A program made the translations under genes and the position numbers. A model generated the notes under the pieces. It worked only from the letters and a program-made list of their open reading frames with translations, made no database searches and was not told the DNA's origin. Below are positions 13,296-25,921 of a DNA stretch of 59,907 nucleotides, piece by piece (position 1 is the first letter of the stretch; each line of letters starts with the position of its first letter). Where the stretch lies: contig NC_068984.1 of the NCBI RefSeq assembly GCF_001194135.2, positions 140,022,759 through 140,082,665 of the forward strand, read 5' to 3'. This DNA is from Octopus bimaculoides (Eukaryota).

Positions 13296-14097
13296 GTGGA
13301 CTAGCTGGCACATGAGGAACTGAACTGTACCCGTACAGACTTTACAAGACGGTTGAACTAGACAGATTTATCAAAAAGTTACAAAACTCTGTAATATAAT
13401 CTAATATGGTAAAAAATGGAATCTTTTTTTAAATAACTTGCAACCCGATCTTAATCACCAAAATATTGATTTGTGCGTTTAGCAAGATAATCAATTGAAT
13501 CTCATTAGTAATATTTATTTTTATCGAAGACGGTGAGTTGGGGGAATCATTAATGCAACGGATAAAAAGCTAAGCGGTATATCTTCTGCCTCACNNNNNN
13601 NNNNNNNNNNNNNNNNNNNNNNNNNNNNNNNNNNNNNNNNNNNNNNNNNNNNNNNNNNNNNNNNNNNNNNNNNNNNNNNNNNNNNNNNNNNNNNNNNNNN
13701 NNNNNNNNNNNNNNNNNNNNNNNNNNNNNNNNNNNNNNNNNNNNNNNNNNNNNNNNNNNNNNNNNNNNNNNNNNNNNNNNNNNNNNNNNNNNNNNNNNNN
13801 NNNNNNNNNNNNNNNNNNNNNNNNNNNNNNNNNNNNNNNNNNNNNNNNNNNNNNNNNNNNNNNNNNNNNNNNNNNNNNNNNNNNNNNNNNNNNNNNNNNN
13901 NNNNNNNNNNNNNNNNNNNNNNNNNNNNNNNNNNNNNNNNNNNNNNNNNNNNNNNNNNNNNNNNNNNNNNNNNNNNNNNNNNNNNNNNNNNNNNNNNNNN
14001 NNNNNNNNNNNNNNNNNNNNNNNNNNNNNNNNNNNNNNNNNNNNNNNNNNNNNNNNNNNNNNNNNNNNNNNNNNNNNNNNNNNNNNNNNNNNNNNNG

Positions 14098-14405
14098 CAT
14101 GTGTCTCCTACTATAACCTCGGACTGACCAAAGCCTTGTGAGTGGATTTGGTAGACGGAAACTGAAAGAAGCCCGTCGTATATATGTATATGTATATATA
14201 TATGTGTGTTTGTGTGTCTGTGTTTGTCCCCCCACCGATGCTGGTGTGTTTACGTCCCCGTAACTTAGTGGTTCAACAAAAGAGACCGATAGAATAAGTA
14301 CTAGGCTTACAAAGAATAAATCCTGGGGTCGATTTGCTCGACTAAAGGCGGTGTTCCAGCATGGCCGCAGCCAATTGACTGAAACAAGCAAAAGAGTAAA
14401 AGAGT
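14098..14405 (+). mobile_element. SINE type D, 5' end lost in gap
   Basis: ccaaagccttgtgagtggatttggtagacggaaactgaaagaagcccgtcg-(TA/TG)-...gactgaaacaagcaaaagagtaaaagag. Confidence 0.9.
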
Positions 14406-14454
14406 ATACTAAATCCTTTCTACCAAATGCCACACGTGTGGGTTTGAAATGTTT

Positions 14455-14630
14455 GTAAGGCCAGCAAGTTCGTGGTAGGGAAGAAGTCGGTTACATCGAC
14501 CACAGTATTCAGCTGGTACTTGTTTTATCGAAACGGAAAGGATGAAAGGCAAATCGACCTCGGTGAAATTTGAACTCCGAACATAAAGACGGACGAAATG
14601 CCGCTGAGCATTCTGCCTGCTTGCTGCATT
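14455..14630 (-). mobile_element. SINE type A, diverged
   Basis: aaggatgaaaggcaaatcgacctcggtgaaatttgaactc. It lies tail-to-tail with the preceding D copy. Confidence 0.8.
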
Positions 14631-15795
14631 AAAAGCCACACGTATTGCCAAGAGGTTTCATAACTTGCCTCTTCATAGCTCCATTTGACTTCTTAATAAA
14701 TGAGGATTCCTTACATAGGATCAAGGTTTATAGTTAGTTGTTTGAAAGGACGATTCCAGTACTATTCCAAATGGGGTTTCGTACCCCTCATCACACAATA
14801 AAATCTATCCTTGGAAAATCTTAATTCAAGATTGCAGGTGTAGGTAAAATTATAAATTGGAAAACTTATAGTTGCCAATGCACGCAAATCTGGACAGAAC
14901 GTTCCACCAATGTTGTCTAAAGGAGAGACAAGAATCGATGCAGCCTCACACCTATGACGTCATAAGCATTGCTCGTTACATTATCGATACTATTACAGAT
15001 CAAGTCCATCATAAGACTAAGAGGAAAAACTGAGAGTTCCATCGAGATTCGAACACTTCTCCACTGTTTGAGCCGCTCCTCTTTATAGAATCGTCGGGAT
15101 TCGAACACGGGTTGTAGATGTACGTAAGAAAAACCACAGTATCAAAACGATTGAAAGTCTAATCTTCCTTCCACTGCTCGTAGTAAATAACAATACCACG
15201 TATTTTATAAATTCTTGCAGAGAATTTTTCAACGGAAGATTAATTGGGTATTTCGGAAAATAAACTGGATAAATAGCAATAGACAAAACACGCTAGAAAT
15301 ATAAAAGAATATAAATAAACGAAAGCAAACAGTAATAAGAAAAGAAACCAAGAAAAATTGGCCAAAATTGTTTGCGAAATGTTTTTCACAATCAAGAACT
15401 AACTCAATGAATATCTACGCCTTCATTTTTTCCGGTGGGTTTACGAAAATGAAAATGTCTAAACAGAAATGAACAAAACATACTGGAAATATAAATGATA
15501 AAAATAAGCCAAGAGAGAAAGTAATAGGCAAAGAAAAATTAATCAATATTACAAGGAAAATGTTACGTGCAAAAGCAAGAAGGAGTTCAATGAGGAGCTG
15601 TTTCTGCAATTTGTTCTGTGGGTTTATGAAAATGAAAGTGGCTGAATTGTCATCTGATATGATACATATATATGTATTAATTTATGTATTTAGATTATTC
15701 TGAAAAGCTGGGTTTAAATTGTTTAATTATCCTCGGACATGTCGTTGAATTAGAAATTACAAAATATTTAGATAGAAAATCAGAAGACACAGATG

Positions 15796-15835
<40 letters not shown>

Positions 15836-15935
15836 GATGAATTCATGCGTTCATATATAAACAAATGCCAATGCATATGTACGTTTGTATATGTATATAT
15901 GTATGTGTGGACGTTCGTACATATATATGTATATC

Positions 15936-15997
<62 letters not shown>

Positions 15998-16343
15998 GGG
16001 GAAGTAAGAGAAAAAGTGAGTAGATGAGGGGAAATGTGATAGCGAGAGGCGGGAACATGAGTAGATAGATAGTTATATAGAGAGATAACGTTTATCTACG
16101 CGCATATAATTGTGCACATATATGTATGTATGTATATATATATATATATATATATTTGAACCTAAAAGCAAAGTATAAAAATATTCTTTGAAAATTTGGC
16201 ACAAATCCCAGCGATTTTGAGTGCAGAGAGAAGTCGATTACATTGATATCAGTGCTCCATTGGTGATGATCCTCTTTTCGTCATGTGTTGGAAGTTTCGC
16301 TTGTAACGGTGTGTTTTGGAATCCGGTGTATTTATAATTTTTT

Positions 16344-16758
16344 TTCTCTAGCAGATGAGGTGTCCAGTACTGGAGAGTGGTAGATATAACCCGAAACCAG
16401 GGCTGGTCTACAGGTCCCGTCCCTAGGAGATGGTAGGGTTTCGCTCTCACGATCCCGATCTTATCGGATGCAGCTGTGCATCGTTAACCAGCTAGAGTAG
16501 ATGTCCTCTTGGGGTTAAAGCATCGCAGAAGAGTCCGCGAACAGCCATGTTAAAATGGCTACGAATATTACTTCTCAGTAAAACCACTGCATCCATCTCT
16601 TAGAGAGATTTTAGAACTAGCATTTTTTCTTGTTGCAAAATCAGCTACTGTGTGTTCGCTTGAAATATATTTATACGGCGTGCAGAAGTGAGCTGCTATC
16701 TTCTCTAGCAAACGAGGTGTCCAGTACTGCGGAGTAGCAGAAATAGTCATAAACCAGG
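16344..16758. repeat. Pair of 58-bp direct repeats (16344-16401 and 16701-16758)
   Basis: ttctctagcagatgaggtgtccagtactggagagtgg... versus ttctctagcaaacgaggtgtccagtactgcggagtag.... By-eye count is 11 substitutions in 58 bp with no indels. Confidence 0.85.
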
Positions 16759-17169
16759 AATCATCATGCAATGGAACAGAAATCTTAACCATGCTATTTC
16801 GAAACGAACGCCTAATATATTTGCATCAATTTACACGTTTACCTAGACATTATTCTTTGTGTGAGCTGACAGTGGAACTAAAATAAATCCCGACTGTTAT
16901 ATAATAATGGCATGATAGGTATAATATTGTCTGGCAAACTGCACAAGAAAACAACCTGATTTGTATGCAGAGCGACCACTCCCTAATGTTTTGCGCCGTT
17001 CGCTCAGTGTCTCTAATTTCATTTTGCGCTGTTATGTCTTTACAAGTTAAAAACCCGTTAAATTGTTCTGGCAAAGATTTCAAACACACAACAATTATTT
17101 CCACACATTCTTCTGTACAATATCATATTACACACCTTTATACAAACATACATACACACACACATATAC

Positions 17170-17201
<32 letters not shown>

Positions 17202-18023
17202 ATGTGTGTGTGTGTGTGCAAGTATATATATATATCTATGTGTGTGGTGTATATATATATATATATACATAAAACACTACTATATAACCATATTTATATA
17301 TATATGTGTGTGTGTGTGTTTGTGTATATATATATATATATATATANNNNNNNNNNNNNNNNNNNNNNNNNNNNNNNNNNNNNNNNNNNNNNNNNNNNNN
17401 NNNNNNNNNNNNNNNNNNNNNNNNNNNNNNNNNNNNNNNNNNNNNNNNNNNNNNNNNNNNNNNNNNNNNNNNNNNNNNNNNNNNNNNNNNNNNNNNNNNN
17501 NNNNNNNNNNNNNNNNNNNNNNNNNNNNNNNNNNNNNNNNNNNNNNNNNNNNNNNNNNNNNNNNNNNNNNNNNNNNNNNNNNNNNNNNNNNNNNNNNNNN
17601 NNNNNNNNNNNNNNNNNNNNNNNNNNNNNNNNNNNNNNNNNNNNNNNNNNNNNNNNNNNNNNNNNNNNNNNNNNNNNNNNNNNNNNNNNNNNNNNNNNNN
17701 NNNNNNNNNNNNNNNNNNNNNNNNNNNNNNNNNNNNNNNNNNNNNNNNNNNNNNNNNNNNNNNNNNNNNNNNNNNNNNNNNNNNNNNNNNNNNNNNNNNN
17801 NNNNNNNNNNNNNNNNNNNNNNNNNNNNNNNNNNNNNNNNNNNNNNNNNNNNNNNNNNNNNNNNNNNNNNNNNNNNNNNNNNNNNNNNNNNNNNNNNNNN
17901 NNNNNNNNNNNNNNNNNNNNNNNNNNNNNNNNNNNNNNNNNNNNNNNNNNNNNNNNNNNNNNNNNNNNNNNNNNNNNNNNNNNNNNNNNNNNNNNNNNNN
18001 NNNNNNNNNNNNNNNNNNNNNNN

Positions 18024-18077
<54 letters not shown>

Positions 18078-18692
18078 GTGTATGGATGTATTTTTGTATA
18101 TGTATATAACTATATATATTTTCACACTGACGTTCGTATATACACTAAACGTATGAAAATAATTTTCTGGCCGAATTCTAATTAGATTTCGATTCTAATG
18201 TCTGTTGGTATCGATCATTTAGTATCCTAGAATATTTAAATCTAAAGCAACATACGTGGTTACAATGCCATAATCGTTGGAGTACACCTAAGTACAGATG
18301 CCGTCGTGGTTATATCGTTAAGAAACCCGCTTTGAAGCAACGTCGTTTTAGTTTCAATCCAACTTCACAGGACCTGGGGAAATTGTCTTCAGGAGTCAAC
18401 CAATATTCTGTGGGTGAACTTCGTTGATGAAAATTGTGTCAAAGCACGTCGTTTGTGTGTCTGTGGATAGAAAGAAAGAAAGAAAGAAAAAAAAACAGAA
18501 AGAAAAAAAGAAAGAAAGAAAGATGGATGTTTGTATTTGGCAAAAATAAAATGACCGTACCGAAATATAGCAAAATAATAACAGTATAATTAAATCCAGA
18601 ATGGTCTCCCTTTGGCTTTTCACTCCCTTGGAGCCATAACAATGGAAGAAGGATACGGAACTGTTTTCTTTACTTAACGGAAAATATATATG

Positions 18693-18918
18693 TATTTCAT
18701 TATTGCCCACAGGGGGTTAAACATAGAGAGGACAAACAAGGACAAATGGATTAAGACAATTACATCGACCCGTGCGTAATTGGTACTTATTTAATCGAGC
18801 TTGAAAGGGTGAAAGGCAAAGTCGACCTCGGCGGGAATTTGAACTCAGAACGTAACTGCAGACGAAATACCTCTAAGCATTTCGCCCGGGGTGCTAACGA
18901 TTCTGCCAGCTCGCCGCC
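18693..18918 (-). mobile_element. SINE type A, full-length long-tail form
   Basis: Intact head (plus strand ...ttctgccagctcgccgcc) and long tail (attgcccacagggggttaaacatagagaggacaaacaagg). Confidence 0.92.
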
Positions 18919-19603
18919 TTAAGGAAATATATAAATATTGCAGCAGGACTTAAACAATTTCCACTCATATTACAGCAGCTGGGGTCTTGATTTCAAAAAC
19001 TGTAAAGCTTGTTGTGTAATTTCGATAGAGTGGGCCTCTCATAGAAATACTTATTTTTGCTTTCTGTTTATCTATTTGTTTTCAGTTTAACCAATCGCAA
19101 ACTATCTCAATTGGATGTAGAAATCAAAATGAAGTTCCTAGCGTGTTTTAGAATAAGCTTTACCTTTTACTTAAGCAGTATGTCTTTCTGTCTTTCTTTC
19201 TTTCTCTATTTCATTCTTTCTCTCTTTCTTTCATTCTCTTTCTTTCTTTCTCATTATCCATTCCTTTCTTTTTCTTTCTTGATCTCCTTTCATTCTCTTT
19301 CTTTTTTTCATTTTCTTTCTATCTACTTAATATGGTTGAGTTTCACGGTTGTTTTGTTTATTTCCTATATACACAAACATTTGTTTCCAATAAACACAAC
19401 CAAATTATTTCATCTATTCTAATTTATTTCTACACAAACAATCTGAAGATAAATTTCTCTTTATACAAACAATTATTTTTTATACCGTAACAATCATAAT
19501 TCTATTCATCCAAATTTATCATTACACAAGCTGACAATGAATTGTCTCCTTCATGTTTTCATCTTCTGAATATCCCAACTTCATTCGTTCAGATTTTGTT
19601 TCA

Positions 19604-19900
19604 GGATAGTGGAGGAGCGAGGCCTACCGGTTAGTATATTACGCTAACTATCACAAGATCATGGTTACGATTCCCAGACAGAGCAGAGGATTGTGTTCTA
19701 CAGCAAAACCCTTCATTACACATTATTCCAGTCTTCTCAGCTGTAAACTGGTAAAATCCTGTGACGGATTGGCGTCCTGCCGTTGCAATTTCGGGACTGG
19801 ACGGTGTTTTTTGCTCTTGAGCAAAATACTTCGTTTCACATTGCACCAATCCCTTCAGCTGTAAATGATCAACTCTGACCGGACTGGTGCTCCGTTCAGG
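19604..19900 (+). mobile_element. Two tandem old type C-like SINE remnants
   Basis: A tRNA-like head (ggttacgattcccaga) and two decayed copies of the gagcaaaatacttcgtttcacattgc...cagctgtaaa domain. Confidence 0.6.
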
Positions 19901-20138
19901 ACGAATGTTTTGATTTCAGTCACATATAGGCCATGGAAACCGATTAACCAGCCTTGACCCTTTGGTTTCTAGACAGTAATTACTGACTTTATATCAGGAT
20001 CAGATACACGAGGATGAGTTACGAAATCTGATGTTAACATCGTATATTTTCATACTCTACTTCCTATATAGAATACTCCCCATTTTCCTTCTTCCCTTAT
20101 CTAAAGGCTATAAATACACGTCTTTAATTAGAGACACA

Positions 20139-20360
20139 TTTGAACCTAAAAGCAAAGTATAAAAATATTATTTCAAAATTTGGCACAAAGCCAGCCTTTT
20201 TGAGTGCAGAGAGAAGTCGATTACATTGATACCAGTGCTCCATTGGTGCATATTTGATCGACCTAGGAAGGATGGAAGGTAACCGATTACGCTGGTATTT
20301 GAACTCAGAACGTAAAGAGTCGGAAGAAGCACATCTAAGTATTTTGTCCGTGTCTACAAG
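20139..20360 (-). mobile_element. Old SINE type A; its tail and flank are duplicated at 16155-16265
   Basis: gatcgacctaggaaggatggaagg...atttgaactcagaacgtaaag. Positions 20139-20248 are near-identical to 16155-16265. Confidence 0.75.
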
Positions 20361-20451
20361 CATCTTCACTGGCTCCAAGAAGCTGGTACTGTATATCGAG
20401 AAGAGAGAAAATCATTGGGTATATATTTCTCACTGCAAAGTATAAAATATA

Positions 20452-20663
20452 CAATAATCCCGCGCATTATCACGGTTCACCTATCGCGCACTCAGTACAT
20501 CGCAGATTTTCCTGGCTAATATATGTAAATTTATATTACGGGCTCCTCAGTATATCGCGGGTTTCTACGAACGATAGGTAATCTTTTTTTTTTTTTTTTA
20601 GATTTTAATTATTTCTGTGGGAGGTTTTGGAATGTAACACTCGCGATAGACGAGGGATTACTG
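20452..20663. mobile_element. pogo/Tigger-like MITE, about 212 bp
   Basis: TA flanks at 20450-20451 and 20664-20665. Imperfect TIRs caataatcccgcgcattatcacgg / tcgcgatagacgagggattactg (CAGTAATCCCTCG-type ends). Confidence 0.7.
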
Positions 20664-20864
20664 TATTCAGAAAAATGCTCATATAATCTCGAGTAGTTTT
20701 AAAACTGAAGCTTAACTTAAATTTTATGCTATTAAGCGGATGAGATATATTTCTTTGCAAGACTGGATAGGGGGCTCTGAATCTCATATAACATATTCGA
20801 TGACAGAAAACCATTTTCGACACCGAGATAATCTGTGATGTGTGCAATAAAGTACTATAATAAT

Positions 20865-21292
20865 CTTTTCTATTATAGGCACAAGGCTTGAAATTTATGG
20901 GGAAGGGGTCAGTCGATTAGATTCAAGTCCAGTACACAACTGGTACTAAATTTATCTACCACGAAAGGATGAAAGACAAAGTTGACCTTGACGGAATTTG
21001 AACTCAGAACGTAGCGACGGCCGAAATAGGACTAATCATTTCGTCCAGCGTCCTAACGGCCTTAAAATACTATAATAATCTTTTCTACTCTAGGCACAAA
21101 GCCCGACCTTTTGGGGGCTGGGGGGCCAGTTAATTAGATCGACTCAGTACGCAACTGGTTCTTAATTTATCGACCTCGAAAGGCTGAAAGGCAAAATTGA
21201 CCTCGGCGGAATTTGAACTCAGAACGTTAAAACAGACGAAATGCCACTATGCATTTCGCCCGGCATGTTAACGATTCTGCCTGCTCGACGCC
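20865..21292 (-). mobile_element. Two tandem short-tail SINE type A copies (20865-21062 and 21080-21292)
   Basis: Both begin on plus with tactataataatcttttcta..taggcacaa and contain the A central domain and reverse B-box. Confidence 0.88.
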
Positions 21293-21330
21293 TTAGAATA
21301 TTATAATAACGCCGTTTTATATAATAAATT

Positions 21331-21585
21331 GCGGAGATGCGTGGCTTAGTGGTTTGGGTGTCAGCATCATGATCATAAGATTGTGGTTTCGATTCCTGGA
21401 CCGGGCGACGCGTTGTGTTCTTGAGCAAAACACTTCATTTCACGTTGCTCCAGTCCACTCAGCTGGCAAAAATGAGTCACGCTGCGATGGACTGACGTCC
21501 CGTCCAGCTGGGGAACACATACGCCATTGAAACCGGGAAGCCGGGCCCATGAGCCTGGCTAGGCTTTAAAAAGGGTGCATTTATT
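21331..21585 (+). mobile_element. SINE type C with CORE-like domain and 'gctgcgatggactg' tail
   Basis: A-box tggcttagtggtt, B-box ggtttcgattcc, gttgtgttcttgagcaaaacacttcatttcacgttgctccagtccactcagctgg, and tail gctgcgatggactgacgtcccgtccagctgggg. Confidence 0.9.
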
Positions 21586-21587
21586 TA

Positions 21588-21890
21588 GTGGAGGCACAAT
21601 GGCCCAGTGGTTAGGGCAGCGAACTTGCGGTCGGAGGATCGCGGTTTCGATTCCCAGACCGGGCGTTGTGTGTGTATATTGAGCGAAAACACCTAAAACT
21701 CCACGAGGCTCCGACAGGGGGTGGAGGCGATCCCTGTTGTACTCTTTCGTACCAACTTTCTCTCACTCTTTCTTCCTGTTTCTTGAGTAAAAAGCTGCGA
21801 TGGACTGGCGACCCGTCCAGCTAGGGGGGAACCCATACGCCATGGAAACCGGGAAACCGGCCCTGTGCTTCACAAGGGGCTAAGAGGATT
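21588..21890 (+). mobile_element. Mosaic SINE: type B head and body with a type C tail
   Basis: ggcacaatggcccagtggttagggcagc...ctttcttcctgtttct followed by gctgcgatggactggcgacccgtccagct...gaaaccgggaaaccggccc instead of the B tail. Confidence 0.88.
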
Positions 21891-21929
21891 TCCATTTCCA
21901 TAGGTTATAGCTACAGATGAGGTCAAGTG

Positions 21930-22040
21930 TGACATAGCGGTTAGCGTGTTACACTCACGATCGCGAAATCGTGATTTCGATTACCGGAGAGTAAGGTAAT
22001 TGTGTTCTCGAGCAAAATACTTCATTTCACGTTGCTGTTC
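21930..22040 (+). mobile_element. SINE type C 5' fragment
   Basis: tagcggttagcgtgttacactcacgatcg...gagcaaaatacttcatttcacgttgc. Confidence 0.7.
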
Positions 22041-23557
22041 GATCTCCTCAGCACCTCACGTCTAGTACACCGTACATCTATACAGGCAGCGTAGATTTGA
22101 TGAATGGAGTGAGCTAATGTACAACAGAAACATACAAACATTTGCTCGTTATAAACAATTCATCTAAACAGGTTGTTCAGCAAGGAATTCCGGAACTTTA
22201 CCCTCATTTTCTGTCTACAACAGGAAGGTCCATGATTGCTAATAAATTAGGGACATGTCAAAAGAAAGAAATAATAATTAAACTGGGATTCCGAACCTGT
22301 GCCGCGCTCTCTATGGACAAATTCTCATACAAGAACTGCTGACCTTTCATGAATCTAGCACCATTAAACTCACCATTACAGCACTTCTCATTTTGATCAA
22401 CAACGTCATATTATGGCAGTGTTCCTTTGATATGAATAACAAAATATGAACAGAGGAGTCAACACACAGGAAGAGATCAATATAAATAGCTTTGGCTGAA
22501 GCTAATAATGATGACAAAGTGAAACTACTTTTTTTTATAAATACACGAAGTGAGCTCAATACGGATGAGACATTTTTTTTTTATATATTTTAAATTTCTG
22601 ATTAAAGTTCTAGATCTCCTTCGATGTTATTACTTTATCTAAATAATCCGAGAGTTCTAAGGTCTTTTAAGTCATAATTCTTCTCTATTTTGTTATATTT
22701 TATGTATTTTCTTTGAATCTTTTTTTACTTTTTTTTATCGATGTTTATATTGTTTTGATGGAATTCTAATCGATAGATCTAATGTGACAGATTGAGAGAT
22801 CAATACTGATGAAATCACACATGATATGATGAAACGACAGCAAGATTCGTTCATGTCAACCGGTAGACAGGATTTTATGTACACACACACATACATATAT
22901 ACATAGACATACACGCTCACGAATACGCAAACACACATATATACTTATATACATATATATATATATATATATATAAGCATATATATATATATATATATAT
23001 ATATANNNNNNNNNNNNNNNNNNNNNNNNNNNNNNNNNNNNNNNNNNNNNNNNNNNNNNNNNNNNNNNNNNNNNNNNNNNNNNNNNNNNNNNNNNNNNNN
23101 NNNNNNNNNNNNNNNNNNNNNNNNNNNNNNNNNNNNNNNNNNNNNNNNNNNNNNNNNNNNNNNNNNNNNNNNNNNNNNNNNNNNNNNNNNNNNNNNNNNN
23201 NNNNNNNNNNNNNNNNNNNNNNNNNNNNNNNNNNNNNNNNNNNNNNNNNNNNNNNNNNNNNNNNNNNNNNNNNNNNNNNNNNNNNNNNNNNNNNNNNNNN
23301 NNNNNNNNNNNNNNNNNNNNNNNNNNNNNNNNNNNNNNNNNNNNNNNNNNNNNNNNNNNNNNNNNNNNNNNNNNNNNNNNNNNNNNGTTAAGTATTAAAG
23401 TCCAGACATCGTTGACGAATACAATCATAAGATAATAATATGAAATATCTATTTTGCTCTAGATCGGTTTGTGAAATGTATTCTCAGACACGTTTATATT
23501 TATATCTTTGTCTGTCTTATAATAGTTTATATTTGTATACACTCACGTCTGAATATT

Positions 23558-24066
23558 CTTTTCTACTCTTAGAACAAGGCCCCAAATTTTCGAGGAGGCG
23601 GCCTGTCGATTAGATCGACCCCTAATGCAACTGGTACTTAATTTATCAACCCGGAAAGGGTGAAACGCAAAGTCGACCTCGGCGAAATTTGAACTCAGAA
23701 TCTGAAGACAGACGAAATACCGCTAAGCATTTCGCCTCGCGTGTTAACGTTTCTTATTTCTTTATTGCCCACAAGGGATTAAAGATAGAGGGGACAAACA
23801 AGGACAGACAAAGGGATTAAATCAATTACATCGACCCCAGTGCGTAACTGGTACTTAATTTATCGACCCCGAAAGGATGAAAGGCAAAGTCAAGCTCGGC
23901 GGAATTTGAACTCAGAACATAAACACAGACGAAATACCGCAAAGCATTTCGCCCGGCGTGCTAACGTTTCTTATTTCTTTATTGCCCACAAGGGGCTAAA
24001 CATAGAGGGGACAAACAAAGAAAGACAAAGGGATTAAGTCGATTACATCGACCCCCAGTGCGTAAC
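23558..24066 (-). mobile_element. Head-to-tail array of three SINE type A units
   Basis: Short-tail unit at 23558-23753, long-tail unit at 23754-23970, and 5'-truncated long-tail unit at 23971-24066. Both junctions read aacgtttc|ttatttctttattgcccacaaggg. Confidence 0.92.
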
Positions 24067-24118
24067 TTGCTGCAAGTATGAGGAAGGGGTGGTTAAGCAG
24101 TTACGGTCGACCTCAAGA

Positions 24119-24270
24119 GACAAGGTAGTGGTACCAATAATTGTCGGAACCCTGGGAACAGTGAGTAAAAATCTTGAGAAGTACATGGAACAAATAGGGA
24201 CTGCAATAAGGGTGGAGACTTTCAGAAAACAGCACTGCTCGGAACTTCTCGAATACTCTGGACAGTGGCA
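24119..24270 (+). mobile_element. C-terminal fragment of an R4/Dong-like non-LTR retrotransposon ORF
   Basis: KVVVPIIVGTLGTVSKNLEKYMEQIG and, after a frameshift, QKTALLGTSRILWTV (compare V.PI.VGALG...LQK.ALLGTARILR.VL). Confidence 0.75.
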
Positions 24271-24301
24271 GATCTACCAAAAACTAATGAATCTTAAGCT
24301 T

Positions 24302-25134
24302 CAGGGCCCCTAATTTCGGAGGGGCCCTTCTGAAGCAACTTAATTTTTTTCATTCTATCATTTTTTTTTGTTTTTGTATTTTGTCATGCAGATTGCTGTT
24401 ACCTGTCTTCGTGGACGTCATATCATACTCCTACGCAGTGTCTAGCCACGAGTTGTTCAGCTGCTGTTTCTGCCGGTGTGGAATAGCATAAAAGTAAAAG
24501 TACAAACGACTCGCAAATAATTCGCTTTACTTGAATTGTTTCGGAAACTTCTGCCCTGCCCCTCCCATTGTCAAATATGTCTACTACTACATCAACACGG
24601 TAGAGATAAGAATTCTTATTTTCACACCATTGTTTAATGACCAATGAAAGGGTTTGCCTCCTAATTTTGGACTTACAATCTGTTCAGTAACAAAGCATTT
24701 TTTCTACTTTAAAAATTGTTTGAATATCACCCTGTACAAAATGAAAAATTCTTCATTTATGACTATGTGTTAAGTTGTGGACCCTTATCTTGATCGATCT
24801 CTTTCTCACTTCAGCTAATGAAAATATTACCCCAATTTTTTTTTCACAAAGGTCGAAGCCCCAAGAGGAATAGCAATGTCCTCAAGAAAGTACTTAAGCG
24901 GATATCAGAAACGCCAAACTCAAGGAAAAGCAATCTGATGAAATTTCTAAATGTCAAAAACTATCAAACTATTTTACAACGACAAGTAAAAGTTTGTCAT
25001 TACCTGCAACTGAAATAAGCCGTGCAAGCACCAGTGAAGTCAATGATAGTGTGCAAACCATGAGTGCTCTGTTTACTGTTGACACTTTTGGTGCAGATGA
25101 TGATCATGGTTGTCAAGAACTTCGAGAAAAGTAG
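24302..25134 (+). mobile_element. Probable 5' portion of a hAT-like DNA transposon
   Basis: Begins cagggcccc with a 7-bp GC hairpin (gggcccc...ggggccc). ATG at 24876 reads MSSRKYLSGYQKR and, after one frameshift, LKEKQSDEISKCQKLSNYF...ELREK*, resembling the 'K..SG..KRK...KL..FF' N-terminus of ZMYM1-like hAT transposases. Confidence 0.5.
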
Positions 25135-25747
25135 AATAGTTTCTTACAGCTGTTTCAGCCAAGGGGTCATAGTACCCCACTTTACTTCCATCCCTTCTGT
25201 GAACTGAAGTATTTGGTAGATAAAATTAAGGTAAATAGGTGTGCCTCTGGGCTTCATAAGAGAGTTTAGAAAGTTCATAAGGTTATAAATATAAGTACAT
25301 ACAGATATACACACTTCTACATATACATATATAAATACATAACCATATATATATATATATACATATGTATATGCTTACATATATATGTGTGTGTGTGTGT
25401 ATATATACTTTCCTAGTAGAAATAAAAGCAGCAAATTTATACTATTTCTTCTCAAATTGAAAATAAAATTTCGAAGCTTATTGGGTTCCTAACAGAAGTG
25501 TCTACAGTACTTGACCAATTCTAGAAAAAAATGAGCAACAGGTTTGTTTATATAGTCAACAAATCTAGTACATAGAGAAAACTGAAGCAACTAATTTGCA
25601 TATTATATGCGTTTAACATTTTATTTCATATCAGCCGCCTGTCAATGGGGATCTCAGTACACACAGTATGAAGGGATGACATTATATATGTAAAGCTATG
25701 TAGTATTACGACCATTGCAAATTTAGCTATTTATCCGTAGATTGAAA

Positions 25748-25905
25748 AACTGACGGGCTTCTGCACAGTTTTCAGTCAACTAAATTTAGTCATAAGGTAT
25801 TGGGCGGTCTGGAGCCCTTTGTTCAATTTGTCGTGCACTGGGACTGAACTCACAACCACGTAGATGCAAATTGCATGTCTTAACCATACAGCTATACCCG
25901 TACCG
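25748..25905 (-). mobile_element. Old type D-like SINE 5' half
   Basis: gacgggcttctgcacagttttcagtc...gcactgggactgaactcacaaccacgt...cttaaccatacagcta. Confidence 0.65.
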
Positions 25906-25921
25906 TGTGTGTGTGTTGTGT

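Noticed and set aside
15434-15645. ~24-bp direct repeat gtgggttta(c/t)gaaaatgaaa about 183 bp apart
   Set aside because: It is short and A-rich with no further unit similarity, so there is too little to interpret.
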